The position numbers and the translations under genes were made by a program. Below the pieces are notes generated by a model. That model was not told the origin of the DNA and ran no database searches. It saw nothing but the letters and a program-made list of their open reading frames with translations. From a virus, in the IMG/VR virus record IMGVR_UViG_3300032304_002285, positions 116,759 to 180,758 of that record: a stretch of 64,000 bases of DNA; one strand, given 5' to 3'. Positions 27,298 through 37,162 of the stretch are shown one piece after another (positions within the stretch are counted from its first letter, which is position 1; every line of letters starts with the position of its first letter).

Positions 27298-28040
27298 GCA
27301 AAACTTCTGTAATTATTTCTTCTTATAACCAGAGACAAACTTTAGAATTGTCTCTGGAGGCGTTATCCAAACAAAGCGTGTTGCCTATTGAGGTTATTGT
27401 ATCGGATGATGGTTCAACTGATGGGACTATAGAATGGCTTGATGCTTTGCCTGGGAGTCGATTCCCTTTCCCATTGTCCTATGTAACAACCAAACATGAC
27501 GGGTATAATGTTGCAGGGGTTTACAATGCGGGGCTTGGAAGATTAAAAGGAATAAGGCTCTTAATTTCTAATGCAGATGTCTTACTTTCTCCTGATTCTG
27601 TAAAATTACATGAAGACCTTCCTGATTTTAATTTAGGTGGAGGGTTTATCAGGGAGATTGTTTCAACAATTGCTTCTTTAATTAAGATTGATGATATTTC
27701 TTGTTTTGAGTATATAGAGTTTCTTTATAATGCTCACAAGGGAGGGTATGGTAATGAAATTTGGCGCGGATATCGTCCGATGTTGAATCCTTGTGGGTTT
27801 TGGTGTGGTAACTTTTCTGTTCCTGTTAAGTTCTATGAAGACGTTAATGGTTTTTCTTCTGATTATAAGTGTAAATATGGTGGTGAAGAGCCAGATTTCG
27901 TTGAACGCTGTTTAAAAGCTGGGGCTTGGGCTTCTTGGGTTGAAGGCTCATTCGGATATCACTTGGCTCATCCTCGGAAGGTTTATTCAATAAAAGCTTT
28001 GGGTATTCAGAAATATCGTAAAGACAGGGGAATGATATGA
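27294..28040 (+). CDS. GT2 glycosyltransferase with GT7-C-like tail
   Basis: SVIISSYNQ, VSDDGSTDGT, NADV, NGFSSDY...YGGEE and YHLAHP. Confidence 0.85.
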   Translation: MSKTSVIISSYNQRQTLELSLEALSKQSVLPIEVIVSDDGSTDGTIEWLDALPGSRFPFPLSYVTTKHDGYNVAGVYNAGLGRLKGIRLLISNADVLLSPDSVKLHEDLPDFNLGGGFIREIVSTIASLIKIDDISCFEYIEFLYNAHKGGYGNEIWRGYRPMLNPCGFWCGNFSVPVKFYEDVNGFSSDYKCKYGGEEPDFVERCLKAGAWASWVEGSFGYHLAHPRKVYSIKALGIQKYRKDRGMI

Positions 28041-28441
28041 GGACAATTAGAATAGATAAAATAGATAAGGAAATGATTACTCCGGAATCGAACCCGATGG
28101 TTCTTCATTCTGCTGAGGACTACAACTTTGATTTTGGTGGCATTCGGTATATTAAGACAGGTTTGAGGTTTTATTTCCCTGCTGATATTCAAAGATTTTA
28201 TTCTTCGGTTGTTCCTGGTATTGTTATCTTAGATGCTCAGCAGAGTAATATTGATGGGGATCTTCAGTTTGTTGTTTTATGTGTTTCAATGTCAGCAAGT
28301 ATTAAGAGGATGCAACCTTTTGTATCTGTGAGTTTTTGCCAGATGAATCCTTGTCCGATTAGGTTTGCCGAATATTCCGAAGAAGGTAAGCGGTTTGTTT
28401 TTGGGAGGAGAGAGAACATTGAGAATAGCACTGGCGTTTAA
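28037..28441 (+). CDS. dUTPase-fold protein, catalytic motifs degenerate
   Basis: LHSAED...IKTGLRFYFP...IKRMQPFVS follows the trimeric dUTPase pattern; RSG and GxIDxDY are absent. Confidence 0.45.
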   Translation: MRTIRIDKIDKEMITPESNPMVLHSAEDYNFDFGGIRYIKTGLRFYFPADIQRFYSSVVPGIVILDAQQSNIDGDLQFVVLCVSMSASIKRMQPFVSVSFCQMNPCPIRFAEYSEEGKRFVFGRRENIENSTGV

Positions 28442-29162
28442 TCATCCTAGTCCTGAATTAGAAGCAATTGCAATTGCTCTATCTAGGCTTGATGAGGTAA
28501 TTAGGATTTCTAATGGGAGTCCTTTGTCACATACAGAGGTTTATGATTTGGCTGTATGTGTTGGATCGGTTGCTGTTTGCCCTTTAGCAAAGAAGAGGAT
28601 TCTTTTTGTTTTAGGACAGGTTAAGAATCATCCTGTTGGGGATTGGGATGGGATTGTTGTTTCTTCTTCTATGGCTCAGGATTTGGCGTTTAAGAGGTTT
28701 GGTCATGGGTTTAGGTCTTTGGTTGCCCCTCCTCCTATTCTTGGCTTAGAAGCGGGTAGAAGGCGGCTGGTGAATCCAGAAAATGGAATGATTCATCTTT
28801 CCGATGGTGGTTTCAGTTTCCCGGATGATGTTCTTGTTTTTAGGACTTGGGGGAATTGTCAGTTTGATGTTAAGAGGGAATTTTTGTATTCAAATTTAGA
28901 TTTCAATTCAAAGATTAGGGCTGGTTGTGTTGGTTATTATCCGTCTGATATGGAAGATGGGTATGATATTCAGGTTAGGAGACATTTGGCGTTAGGCGGT
29001 TCTGTTATTTGTCGGAGGGATAAGTTGGTATTGGGAGATTTGACTAATAGGTGTTTTGAATTAGGGGAAAAAATTCCGGATAAAATAGAGGCTGTGGATT
29101 GTGTTGGTGATTTGGAAGAATATGTTGATAAGATATTGGTTTTTGTGAGGAGAGTGTTATGA
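28365..29162 (+). CDS. Hypothetical, possibly GT-B-like
   Basis: 265-aa ORF in the glyco cluster; EDGYDIQVRRHLALGGSV resembles a GT-B C-terminal motif. Confidence 0.4.
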   Translation: MPNIPKKVSGLFLGGERTLRIALAFNHPSPELEAIAIALSRLDEVIRISNGSPLSHTEVYDLAVCVGSVAVCPLAKKRILFVLGQVKNHPVGDWDGIVVSSSMAQDLAFKRFGHGFRSLVAPPPILGLEAGRRRLVNPENGMIHLSDGGFSFPDDVLVFRTWGNCQFDVKREFLYSNLDFNSKIRAGCVGYYPSDMEDGYDIQVRRHLALGGSVICRRDKLVLGDLTNRCFELGEKIPDKIEAVDCVGDLEEYVDKILVFVRRVL

Positions 29163-29752
29163 TGGAATGTCTGTCTTACGAATCTTGGTTGAAGATAGTT
29201 GCTCACCCTTTAGATGTTGGTTGTCATGGGGAAAATTTCTATAATCATTATGTGACAAAGTATAAATTAGCAAGGCGATTTGGTCCAAAGAAAATTGGTG
29301 AGATAGGAGTGCGTTTGGGTTATTCTGCTCATGCTTTTTTGTCTGGATCTGGCTTTAGCGTCCCCTATTCTGGTTTTGACGTTGTTGGTGGAGAACATGG
29401 GGGGACTAACATAGCCGGGTTAGAATATGCGAATTCTATTCTGAAGAGAGATTTTCCAAGGTCCAATATTTCTTTGACTAAAGTAGATACCCAATCAATT
29501 AATGAATTCCCAGAAAGCGGGTTCGACTTTTTTCATGTTGATGGAGATCACACTACTGCTGGAGCCTTGCATGATATGCGAATGGTTTGGGGAATAATTA
29601 AAAGCCATGGAATTATGCTTGTTGATGATTATGATTACATAGCAGATGTAAAGAACGCTATTGATGAATTCTTGAAAGAGAAATCTGGGGATATTCTCTA
29701 CAAGGAATATGTAAAGAGTTTTCGTGGTGAAATTCTTATTATAAAGAGATAA
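29159..29752 (+). CDS. Class I SAM methyltransferase (Methyltransf_24-like)
   Basis: EIGVRLGYS, FHVDGDHT...GALHD and LVDDY. Confidence 0.85.
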   Translation: MMECLSYESWLKIVAHPLDVGCHGENFYNHYVTKYKLARRFGPKKIGEIGVRLGYSAHAFLSGSGFSVPYSGFDVVGGEHGGTNIAGLEYANSILKRDFPRSNISLTKVDTQSINEFPESGFDFFHVDGDHTTAGALHDMRMVWGIIKSHGIMLVDDYDYIADVKNAIDEFLKEKSGDILYKEYVKSFRGEILIIKR

Positions 29753-29761
29753 GGAGAGATT

Positions 29762-30979
29762 ATGGCTGGTCTACTTCCCGTTGTTTGTATTTTTGGTGTA
29801 GAAAATATTTCATTAGAGTCTCTTGGTCCTGTTCCTGTATTTGAGACGAGCAAGTTGGATTGTCGTTGTTATTTAACAGACGATGATCTTTATTCTGTAT
29901 TGGCTAAGGATCGTCCTGGGGCAATTATTTCATTTGGGAAGCAAGAAGACTTTCCAAATCTTTATTCTGCTTCTTTCGAGGTAAGAAGGAAGTGGGTGAA
30001 TTATGAGAAGATGGATGATTTAGCAAAGATTGGTGGAGAAGCTTTTTACTGTTATCTTCATAGTTTGTTGGCGAAAAGAGATTCTTTCCCGTTGGTTACT
30101 GTTTTTACGCCTGCTTATCGCACGGGTGATAAAATTCTTAGACCATTTCAATCCTTGGTGTCTCAGAAGTATAAGGATTGGGAATGGGTTATCATGGATG
30201 ATTCTGATGATGGTGGTAAAACTTTTGAGATGCTAACAGAGTTGGCGAAGAAGGACTATCGGATTCGTCTTTATAGGGCGGATAGGAACTCTGGGGTTAT
30301 TGGGCATGTGAAGAGGGATGCTTGCATGTTGGGGAGAGGAGAATTCCTTGTTGAGTTGGATCATGATGATGAATTGACGCCTTGGGCATTAGAGAAGGTA
30401 GTTGCTGCTTATCAAAGCCATCCTGAGGCTGGTTTTGTTTACACCGATTTTGCAGAATGCTTTGAGGACGGTTCTCCTGTTGAATATCCAAAGGGTTGGG
30501 GTTTCGGCTATGGGTCTTATCGAGAGGAGATTCATGGTGGGGTAAAGTATTTGGTTTCAAATGGTCCGAATGTTAATCCCAAGACCATTAGACACATCAT
30601 TGCTGCTCCGAATCATATTCGTTCTTGGAGGAGGAGTTTTTACAATGATATTGGAGGGCATGGGGATAACATTCATGTTGCTGACGATTATGAATTGATG
30701 GTAAGGACATTTTTGGGGACAAGGATGGTTCGGGTTCCTAGTTGTTGTTATATCCAGTATCGGAATGCTGAGGGGAATACTCATAAGGTTAGGAACCAAG
30801 AGATTCAGAGGTTGGTTCGGTATTTTTCTACTTGGTATGATAAGGCTATTCACCAGCGGTTTTTGGAGCTAGGGATTGATGATTATGTGTATAAAGAAGG
30901 GGAGTATACGTTTTGGAAGTTAGGGAATATCCCTAATTGCGAGAAAGAGCAGATAGCAAATCTTGTTTTTGAGGGGTAA
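29762..30979 (+). CDS. GT2 glycosyltransferase
   Basis: VFTPAY, IMDDSDD, ELDHDDEL and DDYELMVR. Confidence 0.88.
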   Translation: MAGLLPVVCIFGVENISLESLGPVPVFETSKLDCRCYLTDDDLYSVLAKDRPGAIISFGKQEDFPNLYSASFEVRRKWVNYEKMDDLAKIGGEAFYCYLHSLLAKRDSFPLVTVFTPAYRTGDKILRPFQSLVSQKYKDWEWVIMDDSDDGGKTFEMLTELAKKDYRIRLYRADRNSGVIGHVKRDACMLGRGEFLVELDHDDELTPWALEKVVAAYQSHPEAGFVYTDFAECFEDGSPVEYPKGWGFGYGSYREEIHGGVKYLVSNGPNVNPKTIRHIIAAPNHIRSWRRSFYNDIGGHGDNIHVADDYELMVRTFLGTRMVRVPSCCYIQYRNAEGNTHKVRNQEIQRLVRYFSTWYDKAIHQRFLELGIDDYVYKEGEYTFWKLGNIPNCEKEQIANLVFEG

Positions 30980-30981
30980 GT

Positions 30982-31560
30982 ATGTCTTTTGAAACAACAA
31001 AAGCATTTAATAGGCGTTTTTCTAAAAATCCGGTATATAAGAATATTTTTAGGGGAGATGGTATTGATATCGGATGAGGTGGAGATCCTTTCAAGAGACA
31101 TTGGTTTGAGAATATTGATCTTGTTCAGACTTTTGATATAAAGAATGGGGATGCTCAATTTATTTCTGATTACGTAAAAAGGACTTTTGACTTTGTATAT
31201 AGCTCAAATTGCTTGGAGCACTTGGTAGACCCGGTTGTTGGATTAACCCAGTGGTGGTCTTTGGTTAAGTTTGGTGGGTATATGGTGGTAATAATACCGG
31301 ATGAAGATTTATATGAACAGGGAATATTTCCTTCTAGATGGAACCAAGATCATAAATGGACTTTTACTCCTTGGAAAAAAGAATCTTGGAGTTCAAAGTC
31401 TGTGAATGTTATAGAGTTTTGTGATTTTCTTCCAGGAAGTAAGTTTGTTCATTTAATTAAGGCGGATTCTGGTTACGATTATTCATTGAGGAATGTTGAT
31501 CAAACGCTTGATGGTAATGGGGCAGAATCATTTATCGAGTTGGTTTTGCAGAAAAGATAG
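30982..31560 (+). CDS. Class I SAM methyltransferase with in-frame TGA at codon 32 (recoded, pseudogene or sequence error)
   Basis: MSFETTKAF...GDGIDIG-TGA-GGDPF...FDFVYSSNCLEHLVDP...LVKFGGY; the ORF track shows only 31213..31560. Confidence 0.75.
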
Positions 31561-31722
31561 GGTTTAAGAATAGTAAATCGTCTCTTTTTAAAATAGGTGA
31601 ATCCATGAATTAGGATAAAGACTAATAGAAAATCTTGTTTTTTAGGGATAAATGGTGTTTATTTCTCCTTGTTGACATTGATTCTCGTTTTGAGGATCGG
31701 GGACAAAAAGGGGGAATGGGAA

Positions 31723-32229
31723 ATGAAAAAGGTATTGATGATGGTGGTAGCAATGGGAAGTATGGTCATGGCTCAGACTGAGGAACCGAAAGCACTTCAG
31801 ATGCGCAGGCAACAGTATGAGCAGAAGGTTAAGCAGGTAGCAGAGCCTTATAAGAGGGCTTATTTGGTTGATTTGGAAATGATGAAACGGAATTATGGGG
31901 TACAGGGGGAAACAGAAGCCATGGCTTTTGTTCAGAAAGAAATTGATATTGTAAAAACAATCTCATCTACTGAAAGCAGTTTGATTGTAGGTAAGTGGGT
32001 ATGGTTTAATGGGGTGGTTGTTGAATTTCTAGCTAATGGTACTTTAAAAACGGAAGATGGATCTACGGGGACTTGGGTGTTAACAAGTTCTCGTCCTGTT
32101 ATGCTTAAAACGAATTTTAGCAATGATACTTCTCATGAATTTATTCTTTCTTCGGATGGAAAGGTGTTAAATGGAACTCAGTTGAAAGGATATATCATAG
32201 GATTTAAATTTAAGGTGACGAAAAAATAA
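31723..32229 (+). CDS. Secreted protein with Sec signal peptide
   Basis: MKKVLMMVVAMGSMVMA-QTEE signal, then a coiled helix and a beta domain (IVGKWVW...GTW). Confidence 0.65.
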   Translation: MKKVLMMVVAMGSMVMAQTEEPKALQMRRQQYEQKVKQVAEPYKRAYLVDLEMMKRNYGVQGETEAMAFVQKEIDIVKTISSTESSLIVGKWVWFNGVVVEFLANGTLKTEDGSTGTWVLTSSRPVMLKTNFSNDTSHEFILSSDGKVLNGTQLKGYIIGFKFKVTKK

Positions 32230-32239
32230 GGTTTTTTTA

Positions 32240-32947
32240 ATGAGTCGATATGTAATTGGTCAGCAGTGTGGGGGTTTAGGGGATAATCTTCAGTTTTCAA
32301 CTCTTCCTGAGTTATTGACTAAGCATGGGCATGAAGTATTTGTATCATCAAAAAACGTTCTTCGTAATTCTCAGACAAAAAAACTTGTTTGGGAAATGAA
32401 TCCTTATGTGTCTGGGTTCACAGATGATGATGCCAATTTAGGTTGGAATCCTATTTATCCGACTCCAATGATATATAATTTGGTATCTGTTTGGGAAAAG
32501 GCTTATTTAGGGAAAATCTTTAATATTTATCCAAAAATTTATTACAATCCTTGCTTGAGAGGGGATTTTGTTGGGAAAACAATTTTAGAATTTAACACCG
32601 TTACTTTTAATTATGATTCTGCTGTAGAAGTTCTGCCATCTAAAATTGAAAGTCATTTTGAAGATCAAAATGTTGTTATCATTGATAATTCGAGAGTTTC
32701 CCGGCATTCTTTGAGGTTTGATAGATTTAAAAGTTTTAAAACGTACGTTCCCTCCGATATTTTTGATTTTTGTGATATAATATTTAGTTGCAAGAAATAT
32801 ATTAGTTTATTAAGTGGTGGGACTATTTTAGCATCTGCTTTAAGGCAAAATAATTTATTTCCGAAGCTAATTTGTTTTTGTCCGCAAGTTGATGTTAACG
32901 GTAGGGGTTGGATTTTTGATAATGTAGATTATTTTCCGGTAATTTAA
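32240..32947 (+). CDS. GT-B-like glycosyltransferase-related protein
   Basis: GGLGDNLQFSTLP; YISLLSGGTILA. Confidence 0.5.
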   Translation: MSRYVIGQQCGGLGDNLQFSTLPELLTKHGHEVFVSSKNVLRNSQTKKLVWEMNPYVSGFTDDDANLGWNPIYPTPMIYNLVSVWEKAYLGKIFNIYPKIYYNPCLRGDFVGKTILEFNTVTFNYDSAVEVLPSKIESHFEDQNVVIIDNSRVSRHSLRFDRFKSFKTYVPSDIFDFCDIIFSCKKYISLLSGGTILASALRQNNLFPKLICFCPQVDVNGRGWIFDNVDYFPVI

Positions 32948-33774
32948 TGAAAAAAGTTAGCTTTTATAATGAATGTCATATCGGAGATTGCATATGGTCT
33001 CTTACTTATTTCCATTCGATTCTTGAATTTAATGACATTAATATCGTTTTTTGTGTTAATTATAAATATTTTCAAGAATTGAGGGAATTGGTTCATCCAT
33101 TTTATAAAGATAGGATAGAGCTTCGCCCATTAGAAGAGGCTGATAAGTCTAATTCTATTAACACATGGTTTGGCCATCCAGATTATTCTTTTACTTCTAA
33201 CTTAAATTCAAATAATCATGAAATAAATGGTATGTGTTTTACTATGTTTAAAGGCTTAAGCCAAAGACATGGTATTTACTTCCCGATGAATCACAGAGAT
33301 GAATTTGTTTTTGATCATCCATGGCATTATGGGTCCAATCCGATGCTTGAAAAAGAAGGAGACCCTGAGTTTTTGTTTATAAATTCTGTACCTATGAGTG
33401 GTCAGTTTTCTCAAAATGATGACGATCTTATTCCGTTATATAATTTTTTGGGAACGAAAAAGACTTTTGTTACTAAAAGGTCTCATGGATTTTCCTGTAC
33501 TTTGGATTATGGGTTGAATTTGTTGCAGATTGGACAAATAGCAGTAAAGGCAAAGAAGGTGATTGGTGTTAATACGGGTCCTTTATGTGCTTGTGTTAAC
33601 AAGGCGGCTTTAAAGAAAAATAGAGATTGGCATGTTCTTATAAAAAAGAGTTTGCCTCAAGTGGTTTATAATAGAGTTGATGAAAGATTTATTGTTTCAG
33701 AGAATGCTCAAGAGGTGGTTGATTGTTTAGTTAAAATTATCGAGACTAATAGGAGTTTTAAGATAAATGTTTAA
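32947..33774 (+). CDS. GT-B-like protein, paralog of the N-terminal domain of 33767..37162
   Basis: FYNECHIGDC...FINSVPMSGQF...IGVNTGP. Confidence 0.55.
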   Translation: MKKVSFYNECHIGDCIWSLTYFHSILEFNDINIVFCVNYKYFQELRELVHPFYKDRIELRPLEEADKSNSINTWFGHPDYSFTSNLNSNNHEINGMCFTMFKGLSQRHGIYFPMNHRDEFVFDHPWHYGSNPMLEKEGDPEFLFINSVPMSGQFSQNDDDLIPLYNFLGTKKTFVTKRSHGFSCTLDYGLNLLQIGQIAVKAKKVIGVNTGPLCACVNKAALKKNRDWHVLIKKSLPQVVYNRVDERFIVSENAQEVVDCLVKIIETNRSFKINV

Positions 33775-36700
33775 TGATAAAAAAGAAATTTCATTTTACA
33801 ATGAATTGCATATTGGAGATTGCCTTTGGGCAATTACTTATTTTAATCAGATACTCGCATTAAATGATTTTGATGTAGTTTTTTATATTAACCCTGATTA
33901 CTTCAAACAAGTAAAAGAATTGATTCATCCAGCTTATATTGATCGGGTTTTATTGAAGCCGATAATAGAAGTTGACAAAAGTAAATCAATAAATACTTGG
34001 ATTGGTAGTCCTGAAAATAACTTTTGTCAAAACATAGAAGTTAGTGGTAGAGAGATACAGGAAATGTGTTTCCGAATGTTTTTGGAAATTAGTTCCAAGA
34101 ATGGCATTATTTTTGGTATAAAAGACAAGTCGGAGTTTATTTACGATCATCCTTGGATTTGTGGTTCTAACCCAATGTTAAGAGACATTGGGAATCCTGA
34201 CGTGCTTTTTGTTAATTCGACTCCTATGAGTACGCAATTTAGTCAAGATGAAAATGCTTTGGCGTCTTTATATGAAGAATTGAAAGGCAAGAAGGTCTTT
34301 ACCACAAAGAAGTTTGGCGATTTCCCATGTACTTTGGATTACGGATTGAGTTTATTACAGATAGGCCAAATTGCAGCTAAATCAAAGATTGTGATTGGTA
34401 TTCAGACAGGTCCATTTTGTGCTTGTGTGAACAAAGAAGCGATTAAAAATGTTAAAGAATGGTATGTTTTGGTTTGGAAGAATAAGTCAGAAATTATATT
34501 TCATAACATTGGGGGAAGGTTTAATATATGTGAAAAAGCAGATCAGGTTGTTGATCTTTTAAAAGGAAAATATTCAAAACCAGAAATAAGCGTACTAATG
34601 TCTTTGTATAAGGGTGAAAAATTTTTAGAAACATATTTAAGTTATTTTTCTAAATTTACGAATCTTGATAATTGTCAGTTGGTTATTTGTCACAACTGTC
34701 CTTCCAAAATTGAATTGGATATTATTGGTAATTTTAATAGAAAATTTCCAGGAAAAGTTAAACATATAATTAAAGATTCATTGACAAATTGGGCTGAGTC
34801 GATGAATGAATGTGTTAGAAATGCTGATGCTGATTTATTAACGATTGGGAATGTTGATGATCTTAGACCTCCAGATTCACTTAGGCAGCAAGTTGATTTC
34901 TTAAAAAATAATACCGGGTGTGACGTTGTTCATGGTAGTTTTTGGATAGTTGGGCGTTTTGGTTCTTATGAAGGGTGGAGGTGTGTTCGTTCTGGTTATT
35001 CTACAGGAAACCCGGAATTATTGAAAGAAATGAGGATAGGTCCTTTTTTTGTGTGGAGAAAATCCACCATGGAAAGATATGGATATTTCGATGAACAGTT
35101 TAATGTTTCTGCTGACTATGATTTTGCAATGAGGCTTGCAAGGAGAGTTCAAATCGAGGCTCTTGATATTGATCTTGGATTTTATCTTGATGAAGGCATG
35201 GGGCTAAGCACAAGACAAGGTAGCGAAGAAGCTTTAGATAGAACTGCTATTAAGATGAGGTATGGAATACCACTAAATGGACAAGAGATGGATATTTCTA
35301 AGACACGTGACATAAAGAAGTATAACCTTACAGATTCTACGTATTTTGGGAAAACTCATAGGAATTCGATTACTTGTTTTCTTGGAGAAACAAGTAATCC
35401 GATAAGGATTGCTTATTTGATGCCATCTTTGACTTTTGGTGGTTCTGAAATGAATTTTTATCGTCTTGGATTAGAGGCAAAAAAGCGTGGATATAAGGTT
35501 GGATTTTTTGCAACTGCTAGAAGAAGTTTATCGTATGATGTTTCGTGGGCAGATGAGGTTTGGACTCAGGCAGGACCAAACACTTGGGATGCAATGACTG
35601 AGGAAATGGTTCGTCGGCTGGGTAATTATGATATTATTCATCTTACCAACTTAACGGAATATCAAAGAATATATCTTAAGGAAAGATTAAAGGATAAAAA
35701 GTTTTTTGAAACATGGCATGGGATACAATCAATGAATTGGGCTTGGTCTGGGAGTAAAAGTTTTCCAGCAGATTTTGCAGTTGCTCGATTTTGCGTAACA
35801 GATTTATTAGTTGATGCTGTTAAAAATAAGTGCGGTGATGATGTCTTTTTATCTTTGAACCCAATCTTTGTCCCAACAAAAACAGCCCAACTATCTGGAA
35901 GGACAGTATCAATGTTGGGGAGATTGGATGAAGAAAAGAATCAAATGGAGTTTGTTGAGATTCTTGCTGGAATTCCTAATGTTAAAGGAGTGTTAATTGG
36001 AGATGCAGAGCCAGGAAGTGCATACCGTTCTGAAGTAGAGAAGAAGGCCAAGTTATTGGATGTAGATTTGGTTGTTACTGGCTATGAGCAAGATCCCACA
36101 CAGTATTTACTGGATTCAGATGTTATTCTTCATTCTTCTAGTATGGAAAACCAACCAATAGCAATTTTAGAGGCTATGTCTTTCGGCATACCTGTAGTCG
36201 CCAGGGCTGTTGGGGGGATACCATCTATGATTTCTCATGGGGAAGATGGATTTTTATATACAGATAATAATAAAGCGAAAGAACTTATTTCTTTATTGTT
36301 GAGTGATAAAGAGTTTTCTAAAAAAATAGGAAAACAAGCAAGAGATTTGGTTTCAAAAAAACATGAAGTTTCTAAATGCTTTGATTTTCATGAAGGGTTT
36401 TATAAGAAAGCGTTTCCTTTTAATTTTGAGAACACTGTTTCTGTAATGGTTTCTTCTTATAACCAATTGGGTGCTCTTAAGATTTTCCTTGAATCCCTTA
36501 GTTTTCAAAAACAATTGCCAATAGAAGTAATCATTACGGATGATGGTTCCACCGATGGAACTATAGAATGGCTTGATTCTTTAACCCAAAACAGATATCC
36601 ATTTGAAATTCGATATGTAACAAGAGATCATGGTGGATATCGTCTGGCTTCTATTCAAAATTTAGGAGCAAATAAAGCAAAAGGATCAAGGCTTTTATTT

Positions 36701-37162
36701 ACGAATGCCGATGTTATTCACTGTCCTGATTCAATTTCTAGTCATTCGGAATTAAAAGATGATACCATTGGAGCCGGAATAATAAAAAGCATTAATGAAG
36801 TAGGAACGAGAAAAATCTCTCCTAAGAATGTTTCGACTTTCAATCAAATAGTTTCTATTGCAGAAATGAATCAGGAGGGGAGAACTAATTTGGTATGGGG
36901 AATGTATGATTTGAATTCCAACTCTATTGCTGTATGGGGAGGGAATTTCTCAGTCCCTTCTGGTATGTTTGCTAAAGTATGTGGATTTGATGAGGGATAT
37001 ATTGGCTGGGGAGGAGAAGATGCAAACCTCGCTAATCGTTGTCGAGATAATGCGGGTGCTAAAATATCTTGGGTTGGGGGTTCTGTGGTTTTCCATCTAT
37101 GGCATCCATTAAAGATATATAGCCACCGTCAACTTGGTTCCGCTAGGTATAACGGAAGATGA
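33767..37162 (+). CDS. Four-domain glycosyltransferase (GT-B-like + GT2 + GT4 + GT2/GT7-C)
   Basis: FYNELHIGDC; ISVLMSLY...NVDD; GGSE...ENQPIAILEAMS; VSVMVSSYN...TDDGSTDG...GFDEGYIGWGGED. Confidence 0.88.
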   Translation: MFNDKKEISFYNELHIGDCLWAITYFNQILALNDFDVVFYINPDYFKQVKELIHPAYIDRVLLKPIIEVDKSKSINTWIGSPENNFCQNIEVSGREIQEMCFRMFLEISSKNGIIFGIKDKSEFIYDHPWICGSNPMLRDIGNPDVLFVNSTPMSTQFSQDENALASLYEELKGKKVFTTKKFGDFPCTLDYGLSLLQIGQIAAKSKIVIGIQTGPFCACVNKEAIKNVKEWYVLVWKNKSEIIFHNIGGRFNICEKADQVVDLLKGKYSKPEISVLMSLYKGEKFLETYLSYFSKFTNLDNCQLVICHNCPSKIELDIIGNFNRKFPGKVKHIIKDSLTNWAESMNECVRNADADLLTIGNVDDLRPPDSLRQQVDFLKNNTGCDVVHGSFWIVGRFGSYEGWRCVRSGYSTGNPELLKEMRIGPFFVWRKSTMERYGYFDEQFNVSADYDFAMRLARRVQIEALDIDLGFYLDEGMGLSTRQGSEEALDRTAIKMRYGIPLNGQEMDISKTRDIKKYNLTDSTYFGKTHRNSITCFLGETSNPIRIAYLMPSLTFGGSEMNFYRLGLEAKKRGYKVGFFATARRSLSYDVSWADEVWTQAGPNTWDAMTEEMVRRLGNYDIIHLTNLTEYQRIYLKERLKDKKFFETWHGIQSMNWAWSGSKSFPADFAVARFCVTDLLVDAVKNKCGDDVFLSLNPIFVPTKTAQLSGRTVSMLGRLDEEKNQMEFVEILAGIPNVKGVLIGDAEPGSAYRSEVEKKAKLLDVDLVVTGYEQDPTQYLLDSDVILHSSSMENQPIAILEAMSFGIPVVARAVGGIPSMISHGEDGFLYTDNNKAKELISLLLSDKEFSKKIGKQARDLVSKKHEVSKCFDFHEGFYKKAFPFNFENTVSVMVSSYNQLGALKIFLESLSFQKQLPIEVIITDDGSTDGTIEWLDSLTQNRYPFEIRYVTRDHGGYRLASIQNLGANKAKGSRLLFTNADVIHCPDSISSHSELKDDTIGAGIIKSINEVGTRKISPKNVSTFNQIVSIAEMNQEGRTNLVWGMYDLNSNSIAVWGGNFSVPSGMFAKVCGFDEGYIGWGGEDANLANRCRDNAGAKISWVGGSVVFHLWHPLKIYSHRQLGSARYNGR

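Noticed and set aside
31672-31700. TTGACA sigma70 promoter before the secreted protein
   Set aside because: No acceptable -10 hexamer at 16-18 bp.
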